DNA of 48,464 bases, taken from NCBI GenBank assembly GCA_964354545.1, contig CAYHAE010000008.1, positions 1-48,464 of the forward strand. Direction: 5' to 3'. Shown here piece after piece: positions 41,858 through 48,464 of the stretch. Source of the DNA: an uncultured Planctomycetia bacterium. Its GTDB lineage: Bacteria; Omnitrophota; Gorgyraeia; 2-01-FULL-45-10; JAHFGN01. Position numbers and translations under genes: made by a program. Each line of letters starts with the position of its first letter. Position 1 is the first letter of the stretch. Below the pieces are notes generated by a model. It did not search any database. It had not been told where the DNA came from and was given only the letters and a program-made list of their open reading frames with translations.

Positions 41858-44374
41858 TCAACGAGTGTCAAGGCCTCGTCTCACCCGGTGCGCGAGCGCC
41901 ATCCCGAGAACTGCGGCGAGCGTGACGAGGCTCACCGCGAGCCCTGCCTTGAAGGAAAATGGGTCAAAGACAAACCGTACCGTATGGCGGCCCGGGGCAT
42001 CAATATAGACGGCGCGCAGGACGAAGTCGGCCTTGTAGAGCCTTGACCTTTTTCCGTCCACGAAGGCCTTCCAGCCGGGATAGTACTGGTCGCCGAGCAC
42101 GAGGAACTTCGGCGAGTCCGCGGCCACATCGACGATGACCTCGCGGGGCCTGTAGCGAACGATCCGGGCCGACTCCGCGGACCCCGGAGTGCGAAGCGAA
42201 GCGGAGCCTCCCCGAAGGGGACCGCGGAGTGCGGAGTGCGAAGCGAAGCGGAGCCTCCCCGAAGGGGGACGTCGACCGTCAGCCTTTGGTGCCGGCTCCT
42301 CTAAGATCACTTCCTGCGAAGGCGCAAACGTGCCGGATTTCAGGGCCTCTGCGATCTCCTTCTCATGGGTAAGGACAATGGATTTCGGGACAAGGAATGC
42401 CCTGGGGAGGACATTCTTATTTTCGTATAGATAGAAACGGCCCTGTGCGACCAGCGTGAACCCTTCCCGGCTCACCGCGCGCGTCGTGAGGACGTACTTT
42501 ACGTTGAGGAGATCGAGGAGCTTTGCGCACGCGGGAAGCCCCATCGAGTCTATCAGATGCTCGAGCTTCGCGTAGTTCATCAGCCTCATGGATTCGTAAC
42601 CCCGCGCATCATAGAGTCCGTACTCCATCATCCTGTTCGCGCAGAGCCCTTCCTTCGCCTCTTGCAGGAAGCGGCCGTAATCATTTTCGTCAGACTTCAC
42701 GAAGCTGTTTTCGCGCCTCACCGTAGGCGACGTATAGAATCTGAAAAGACCCGGGTCCTTCTTCAGGAACTCGATCGTCGGATTCGTCCGGTGAAAGAGC
42801 TCCCTATCGGAGGTGAGCTGCAGACCCGAGGTCGCCGAGAAAAAATCTATCGCGATGAGGGCCACAAAGGCGAAGTGCGCCACTGCGCGGTTGATCGCGG
42901 CCCCCGCGGCGGCCGCGAGGAGAAGGGAGCCGGCAACGAAAAGCCCAAGGCATCTCCGGACATTGAGCAGGTCCGCCGCAGCCGTGACGAACGCCGCATG
43001 CGCATCCTGCTCCCGCGCAAAGAACGAACTCGCCGCCGATATCATCCTATCGGGAAAGAGGTAAAGCACGAGGAAAAGGACGCCCGCGAGCGCCAGGACG
43101 GGCACAAGCGCCTTGAAAAATCTTTTCGCTGTCTCGTCGGCGGTCTCTAATCCGTCTACAAAGGCGCCATACCCGGCGCCGCTGGCCATCGCGAGGCAAA
43201 AATTCACCATGAAGAGGAACCTCACCGGATACCGGATGAGGCTGAGACCGGGTATCACTCTGGAGGCGAATCCGTAGAAGGGGGTGTATCGCCCATAGGA
43301 AAGCGCGAGAAAGAAGGCGCCCAAAAAAATAAGGAAGCGCGTCGTGCGGTCTTTCTTGAGCACAAGGGCCATGACAACCAAAAGCAGCGTGAACGTGCCG
43401 ATGTAGATGACCGGTGCCCAGACCTGGGTCTTCCACATGGCATCTTTGGAAAAATCCGCGCCGAAGAAGTACGGGATGATGAAATTGGCGGTATCCCGCA
43501 GGGAAAGCGACCACGCAGAAGTGAACTCGGGTAAGACGAAAGGCCTGTCAGACCTCGTGAGGAGCTCTACGAAGGGGATGAGCTGGAACGCCGGGAGGAG
43601 CAGGGAAAGGGTTACCATGCCCGCGAAGGTCCTCGTATGCGCGGCAACGGACTGCCGCAGAGCCGGACGCGGGTCCCCCTTTCGAAAAATGAAGGTCGCC
43701 GAGTAGAGGAGAAGGCCGAGGACCGTAAAGTAGTAAATCGACGGCTCCCCGCCCAAAAACATGATCGCGAGGACCGCGCCTGAGAGGACGGTATATCTTC
43801 CGCCGCGGTCCATCGCTTTTTGGAAGAAGAGGAACGCGAGGGGGACCCAGGCCATGGAGCAGAGGGTCGTGGGCATATTGACGACCGATATCGTAAAGCC
43901 TGAGAACATGAATGTAATGCAGGACACGAGGGACGCGGGCACACAATAGCCCCACTCCTTCGCTAATAGATACACGAAGAGCCCTCCTAAAAAAATGTGG
44001 AAGATGAGGAAATAGTTAAAGCCGATGTCGAATGGGAAGATATAGTAGATGAGGCTCAAGGGATAGAAGGCCGCTGACTGGAGCGATGCAAAATGCGGGA
44101 ATCCGGAAAAGACATAGGGGTTCCAAAGAGGGATCGTCCCGGACTCGATGGCCCTTACGGTAAAGAGCCTCAGCGGATAGAAGTAGCGCGAGAGGTCCCT
44201 ATAGGCGAAAATCCTGTCAGGGCTGATGCCTTCATGAAAAAAGAGGATAACGAGGACGGCTAAAAGAAGTATGACGAGCGGCGAGGTCTTGATCCTTATA
44301 GTTTTCCCTGCTGCGTTACCACGTATTCGAATTATCCTGCGAAGAGTTCGACCAGAGCTCTCCGGAAGTCGCAT
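41858..44374 (-). CDS. YfhO-family polytopic membrane protein (GT-C glycosyltransferase-like); the true start is probably somewhat downstream
   Basis: DLSRYFYP, IPLWNPYVFSGFP, many TMs, LNVKYV, LPRAF, LVLGDQYYPGWKAFVDG, G.HTVRFVFDP. Confidence 0.88.
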   Translation of the reverse strand: MRLPESSGRTLRRIIRIRGNAAGKTIRIKTSPLVILLLAVLVILFFHEGISPDRIFAYRDLSRYFYPLRLFTVRAIESGTIPLWNPYVFSGFPHFASLQSAAFYPLSLIYYIFPFDIGFNYFLIFHIFLGGLFVYLLAKEWGYCVPASLVSCITFMFSGFTISVVNMPTTLCSMAWVPLAFLFFQKAMDRGGRYTVLSGAVLAIMFLGGEPSIYYFTVLGLLLYSATFIFRKGDPRPALRQSVAAHTRTFAGMVTLSLLLPAFQLIPFVELLTRSDRPFVLPEFTSAWSLSLRDTANFIIPYFFGADFSKDAMWKTQVWAPVIYIGTFTLLLVVMALVLKKDRTTRFLIFLGAFFLALSYGRYTPFYGFASRVIPGLSLIRYPVRFLFMVNFCLAMASGAGYGAFVDGLETADETAKRFFKALVPVLALAGVLFLVLYLFPDRMISAASSFFAREQDAHAAFVTAAADLLNVRRCLGLFVAGSLLLAAAAGAAINRAVAHFAFVALIAIDFFSATSGLQLTSDRELFHRTNPTIEFLKKDPGLFRFYTSPTVRRENSFVKSDENDYGRFLQEAKEGLCANRMMEYGLYDARGYESMRLMNYAKLEHLIDSMGLPACAKLLDLLNVKYVLTTRAVSREGFTLVAQGRFYLYENKNVLPRAFLVPKSIVLTHEKEIAEALKSGTFAPSQEVILEEPAPKADGRRPPSGRLRFASHSALRGPLRGGSASLRTPGSAESARIVRYRPREVIVDVAADSPKFLVLGDQYYPGWKAFVDGKRSRLYKADFVLRAVYIDAPGRHTVRFVFDPFSFKAGLAVSLVTLAAVLGMALAHRVRRGLDTR
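42185..42267. repeat. 36-bp direct repeat with CCCC-GAA-GGGG hairpins, in frame inside the YfhO gene
   Basis: CGGAGTGCGAAGCGAAGCGGAGCCTCCCCGAAGGGG at 42185-42220 and 42232-42267. Confidence 0.9.
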
Positions 44375-44759
44375 TGTATACCCAGCCTGCGGTAGATCCG
44401 ACGAGGGACCCTTTCGCCTGTCCTGACCCGTCTGTGATATCGATCGCCTGCGCAGCGTCCGTGTAGTACGGGTTTGCGGGTATGCCCTGGGCCATGACAG
44501 CCGTCCCTTCGAGTTCAGCGATGGTCGGCCAGGTCGCGGTGCCCGTCGTCGCTGCCTTGAACGCGTAGAATATCGCTATGCCCGACCTCACTCCGCCGAG
44601 ACCCCCCTTACAGGCAGCTTTCTTTGCCTGCGTCGACATATCGACGAATTTAGGGATGGCGACCGCCGCCAATATGCCGAGTATGATGATCACTATCACT
44701 AACTCTACGAGCGTAAACCCTCTCGCCCTCATCCTTGCACCTGCAGCTCTCCTGCGCAT
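44316..44759 (-). CDS. Type IV major pilin (MshA/GspG-like), copy 2
   Basis: RG|FTLVELVIVIIILGILAAVAIPKF; start uncertain (44759 or 44732). Confidence 0.9.
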   Translation of the reverse strand: MRRRAAGARMRARGFTLVELVIVIIILGILAAVAIPKFVDMSTQAKKAACKGGLGGVRSGIAIFYAFKAATTGTATWPTIAELEGTAVMAQGIPANPYYTDAAQAIDITDGSGQAKGSLVGSTAGWVYNATSGELWSNSSQDNSNTW

Positions 44760-44936
44760 CGAGATCACATAGATCTCGCGCTCTTCGCTCTCTGCCTCTT
44801 GCGAAACCCGCAAGGCCCATCACTCGCGAATTCTTGCCATGATACGCCTGTTACGCCGCTTAAAAGCCGGACGGCGCACACCATGGCACGAAACCGCCCA
44901 CGCGTTCAGAAAACATTACATGTATGGCGCGTCAGG

Positions 44937-45359
44937 CTACCACGTATTCGAGCTATCCTGCGAAGAGTTCGACCAGAACTCCCCGGAAGTCGCATTGTAT
45001 ACCCAGCCTGCGGTAGATCCGACGAGAGACCCTTTCGCCTGTCCTGACCCGTCTGTGATATCGATCGCCTGCGCATTGTCCGTGTAGTACGGGTTTGCGG
45101 GTATGCCCTGGGCCATGACAGCCGTCCCTTCGAGTTCGGCGAGGGTCGGCCAGGTCGCGGTGCCCGTCGTCGCTGCCTTATTTGCGTAGAATATCGCTAT
45201 GCCCGACCTCGTTCCTCCGAGACCCCCCTTACAGGAAGCCGTTTTCGCCTGTGTCGTCAAGTCGACGAATTTAGGGATGGCGACCGCCGCCAATATGCCG
45301 AGTATGATGATGACTATCACCAATTCCACGAGCGTAAAACCTTTTGCCTTTATTCTCAT
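44937..45359 (-). CDS. Type IV major pilin (MshA/GspG-like), copy 1
   Basis: KG|FTLVELVIVIIILGILAAVAIPKF; GGAGG RBS. Confidence 0.93.
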   Translation of the reverse strand: MRIKAKGFTLVELVIVIIILGILAAVAIPKFVDLTTQAKTASCKGGLGGTRSGIAIFYANKAATTGTATWPTLAELEGTAVMAQGIPANPYYTDNAQAIDITDGSGQAKGSLVGSTAGWVYNATSGEFWSNSSQDSSNTW

Positions 45360-45392
45360 CATTCACCTCCTTTTTGAGTTATCGTAAGTTCA

Positions 45393-45422
45393 ATTATACA
45401 TAAATACAGTATCTGTTGTCAA
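45393..45422 (-). promoter_or_regulatory. Consensus sigma70 promoter for the major pilin
   Basis: TTGACA (45417-45422), 18-nt spacer, TATAAT (45393-45398). Confidence 0.75.
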
Positions 45423-45484
45423 CCTAATCCCGCTTGTGAAAAACTATAGCGAACGTTGTAAGATTCTTTTTTACCACCCCCGCC

Positions 45485-46696
45485 TCAATGCCTGAAGAGC
45501 GCGGTGAGGTTCCACATCGGCAGGAATATCGCGAGGGCCATTATGAGCACCATCACGCCCAGGACCACGACGAAGAGAGGCTCTATCAGGACCGTCAAGT
45601 TCTTGATATTGTAATCCGATTGCTGGTCAAAGTAGTCCGATACCTTATAGAGAAGCTCGTCGAGCTTGCCCGTCTCCTCGCCGACAGACACCATCTGGAG
45701 GACTATCGGAGGGAATATCCCGGCCAGCCGCATCGGCTCTGTGAGTCCCTGGCCCTGCCTCACGCTCTCGGTGATGGTCCCTATCGCCTTTGACAGGACC
45801 GCATTGTCGACGGTCCTCGCGACCATATCGAGGATCTGCAGGATGGGCAGGCCGCTCCGTATCAGGATGGCCATGATCCGCGTGAGCCTCGACATGGTCA
45901 ACATGAGCAGTATCGGGCCGAAGACGGGCGTCTTTAATTTAACGGTGTCCCACGCGTATCTCCCCTTCGGCGTGCGTATGAAATACCGGAAGCCAAAAAA
46001 AAGACCTGCCAGTGCCGCGGCCATGACGTACCAACGCTCCTTCAGAAATGAGCCCAGCGCCAGGAGCATCCTCGTCGGCAGAGGGAGCGCTGTCTTGTAT
46101 TGTGCATAGACCGCGGAAAATTTCGGAATGACAAAGGTCACCACGACGACGAAGGCGATGCAGAGCGCGATCGACGCGATCATGGGGTATCTCGTCGCGG
46201 CCTTTATCCTGTTGCGGGTATCGAGCTCCTTTTCTCCCAGATCGGCAAGCCTTTCCAGGATCTCGTCGAGGGTACCGCCCGCCTCCCCCGCGCGCACCAT
46301 ATTGACATAGAGCTCATTGAAGACCCCCGGGTGTTTCTCCATCGCATCCGACAGGCTGGAGCCTCCCTCAATGGTTGACGATACCTCTCTCACGACGTCT
46401 CTCAGGTGCTGGTTCTTAAGCTGTTTCTCGATGGTCCCCAGGCTCGTGAGGAGCGGAAGCCCCGCCTTCTGCAGGGTCAAGAGCTGCCGGGTGAACATGT
46501 TGAGGTCCGTGAGGCCCACCTTCGCAAAGCGCGAGGAGAACTGCGGTACGACGCTCTTCGCCGCCTCTGCTATCGAGATCGGGATATATCCCACTCCTTC
46601 GAGGCTCCGCGCGACAGCCTTTTGGTTCTCTCCGGCGATGATGCCTTTCACGAGCTTGCCCGATCTGTCCCTCGCCCTATATCGAAAATTCGGCAC
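45485..46696 (-). CDS. pilC: Type IV pilus/T2SS inner-membrane platform protein (PilC/GspF)
   Basis: FTRQL..L.KAGLPL, AGEAGGTLDEIL, VGEETGKLDELL, IEPLF..AIFLPM. Confidence 0.93.
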   Translation of the reverse strand: MPNFRYRARDRSGKLVKGIIAGENQKAVARSLEGVGYIPISIAEAAKSVVPQFSSRFAKVGLTDLNMFTRQLLTLQKAGLPLLTSLGTIEKQLKNQHLRDVVREVSSTIEGGSSLSDAMEKHPGVFNELYVNMVRAGEAGGTLDEILERLADLGEKELDTRNRIKAATRYPMIASIALCIAFVVVVTFVIPKFSAVYAQYKTALPLPTRMLLALGSFLKERWYVMAAALAGLFFGFRYFIRTPKGRYAWDTVKLKTPVFGPILLMLTMSRLTRIMAILIRSGLPILQILDMVARTVDNAVLSKAIGTITESVRQGQGLTEPMRLAGIFPPIVLQMVSVGEETGKLDELLYKVSDYFDQQSDYNIKNLTVLIEPLFVVVLGVMVLIMALAIFLPMWNLTALFRH

Positions 46697-46714
46697 GGCT
46701 CATCCCCTCGCCCG

Positions 46715-48403
46715 TCACACGACCTCCGTCACCCGCAATACCTCTTCTATGGTCGTAATGCCTCTTTTTGCTTTGTCCATGCCGTCCTCTCTCAGGCTGC
46801 GGACGCCTTCCTCGCGGGCCTTCGCGCGGATCACATCAGCCGAAGGCCTCGACACGATAAGTTTCTTGATCGGCTCCGTCATCGGCATGACCTCAAAAAT
46901 GCCCATCCTCCCCGCGTAACCCGTATTTTTGCATGCCTTGCACCCCGAACCTCTATAGAACGTTGCGGCCTCCTTGAGGCCCAGGTCCTTCACAAGCTCC
47001 GCCTGCAGCGGGTACGAGATCTTACACTCGTTGCAGATCACGCGCACGAGCCTCTGGGCCGCGATGCCGATGATTGACGTCGAGATCAGGAACGGCTCAA
47101 CTCCCATATCGACCAGCCTCACGAGGGAGCTGGGCGCGTCATTGGTGTGGAGCGTCGAGAAGACGAGGTGGCCGGTGAGAGACGCCTGGACCGCGATCTC
47201 CGCGGTCTCCTTATCCCTCACTTCGCCGACCATCACGACATCGGGGTCCTGTCTCAATATCGCGCGAAGGCTCGACGCGAAGGTGAGCCCCGCCTTCGGG
47301 TTCACCTGCGTCTGGCGCACGAGCGGGAACTCGTATTCCACGGGGTCCTCGATCGTGATGATGTTGACCTCCATCGAATTTATCGTCGCGAGGGACGCGT
47401 AGAGCGTAGTCGTCTTGCCGCTCCCCGTGGGACCCGTGACGAGGATGATCCCGTAGGGATACCGTATGATCCTCTCGTATTCTTTGTACTCCTTTTCCTC
47501 GAAGCCCAGCTCTTTGAGGCTCCGGAACATGCTCGAGCGGTCGAGGATCCGCATCACGATGTTCTCGCCGTGGATGGTGGGAAACGAGGAGACCCTCACG
47601 TCGAGCCTCTTGTTTTCCATCTTCAACTGCATCCTCCCGTCCTGCGGCCTGCGGGTCTCCGCGATGTCCATCTTGGCGAGGATCTTTATTCTCGATGCGA
47701 CGACGCTCTGCAGGTGTTTGGGCAGTATCGACGTCTCATACAGGATGCCGTCGACCCTGTGCCTTACCCTCAACTTATCCGCCTCCGGCTCTATGTGGAT
47801 ATCGCTCGCGTTGTCCTTGACCGCCTCCGTGATCATCAAGTTCACGAGCTTGACGACGGGCGCCTGCTCGGCTTCTTTCGCGAGCTGTTTGACCTCCGCT
47901 TCCTCGGAGACCACCACGGGGAACCTGCCGCCGTCGATCGTCTTCATGATGTCCTCGACCGAACCGGTGACGCCGTAGTACTCCTCGATCGCCTTCATGA
48001 TCTGCCGCTCGGTCGAGAGGGCGGGTTCGATGAGGTTTATCTTGCTCCTCACCCTGACCTCGTCCAGGGCGACGATATCCTTGGGGTTGGCCATGGCGAC
48101 GGTGAGGGTATCCCCTATCCTGAAGAGGGGGATCATCTTGTATTTCCTCGCGAGGTCCTCTGAAATGAGCTTGGTGACTTCGGGATCGATGAGGTAGTCA
48201 TCGAGGTTGACGTACATAACGCCCATCGATTCGGCGTGTATGTTGACGAGGTCGTTCTCCGTGATAAAGCCCAATTTCTCGAGAGCCTTCTCGAAACTGA
48301 AGCCGGTCCTCTTAACCTCTTCCCTGGCCCGCTCGATCTGGTGCGGCGTCACAAGCCCTTTTTGCAGCAGAAGGTTTATGATCGTCTCTTCTCTTCCGGG
48401 CAT
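46715..48403 (-). CDS. pilB: Type IV pilus/T2SS assembly ATPase (PilB/GspE)
   Basis: MshEN-like N-terminus, ASDIHIEP, GPTGSGKTTTL, TIEDPVE, LRQDPD..GEVRD, HTN, CxxC..CxxC. Confidence 0.93.
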   Translation of the reverse strand: MPGREETIINLLLQKGLVTPHQIERAREEVKRTGFSFEKALEKLGFITENDLVNIHAESMGVMYVNLDDYLIDPEVTKLISEDLARKYKMIPLFRIGDTLTVAMANPKDIVALDEVRVRSKINLIEPALSTERQIMKAIEEYYGVTGSVEDIMKTIDGGRFPVVVSEEAEVKQLAKEAEQAPVVKLVNLMITEAVKDNASDIHIEPEADKLRVRHRVDGILYETSILPKHLQSVVASRIKILAKMDIAETRRPQDGRMQLKMENKRLDVRVSSFPTIHGENIVMRILDRSSMFRSLKELGFEEKEYKEYERIIRYPYGIILVTGPTGSGKTTTLYASLATINSMEVNIITIEDPVEYEFPLVRQTQVNPKAGLTFASSLRAILRQDPDVVMVGEVRDKETAEIAVQASLTGHLVFSTLHTNDAPSSLVRLVDMGVEPFLISTSIIGIAAQRLVRVICNECKISYPLQAELVKDLGLKEAATFYRGSGCKACKNTGYAGRMGIFEVMPMTEPIKKLIVSRPSADVIRAKAREEGVRSLREDGMDKAKRGITTIEEVLRVTEVV

Positions 48404-48432
48404 GCGGTCACTCCCATGTTAACAGTCAATAT

Positions 48433-48460
48433 ATTCTACTCTGAAGACCTGTGTCTTCAA
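48433..48460 (-). promoter_or_regulatory. Possible promoter for pilB with an overlapping operator-like palindrome
   Basis: TTGAAG, 16-nt spacer, TAGAAT; inverted repeat TGAAGAC-N4-GTCTTCA at 48442-48459. Confidence 0.45.
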
Positions 48461-48464
48461 ACAC

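Noticed and set aside
27695-48422. Plus-strand ORFs opposite the housekeeping and pilus genes
   Set aside because: They are antisense shadows of well-supported minus-strand genes.
1-48464. tRNA, rRNA, transposase or integrase genes
   Set aside because: None recognised by eye; tRNAscan-SE or Infernal would be needed to exclude small RNAs.

Overview
The window has two parts. (1) Positions 1-26858 are a single minus-strand reading frame that the supplied ORF track misses because it runs off the left edge with no stop codon. I translated it by hand from ATG 26858 to position 3 and found no stop, so the protein is at least 8,952 aa. It begins with a signal-peptide-like N-terminus and is a string of about 21 unrelated modules: HATPase, RsuA-type pseudouridine synthase, S1-like, CBM48+GH13, arginase-family, minimal nucleotidyltransferase + glutamate dehydrogenase + uridine-kinase-like, LMW phosphatase, several SAM methyltransferases, FkbO/Hyg5 (Rid), ComEA HhH+HEAT, NAGPA phosphodiester glycosidase with its own internal twin-arginine signal, UPF0489-like, kinase-like, Cys-His-Asp transglutaminase/papain-like, and Mpv17/PMP22-like. 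A peptide motif R-x-S-T-S-G (19 exact copies plus variants, written with varied synonymous codons) sits at almost every module junction. Several junctions also carry near-identical DNA repeats built on a GTCCCC-GAA-GGGGAC hairpin. I infer a modular, shuffleable polyprotein or cargo array, possibly cut at RxSTSG. It has its own sigma70-like promoter and a structured ~240-nt leader ending in a terminator-like hairpin. (2) Positions 27262-48403, all minus strand, hold housekeeping genes (pgpA, pgsA, rimO, rodZ, ftsK, uppP, dut, pnp, rpsO) and a type IV pilus/T2SS-like cluster (PilB/GspE, PilC/GspF, two near-identical pilins, a YfhO-type GT-C membrane protein, three minor pilins, a PilM-PilN fusion, PilO, a PilP/GspB-like gene). 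REP-like palindromes are scattered through it. The pattern suggests Omnitrophota, which are known for giant genes; this taxonomy is an inference. All domain calls come from motifs recognised by eye, not from database searches.
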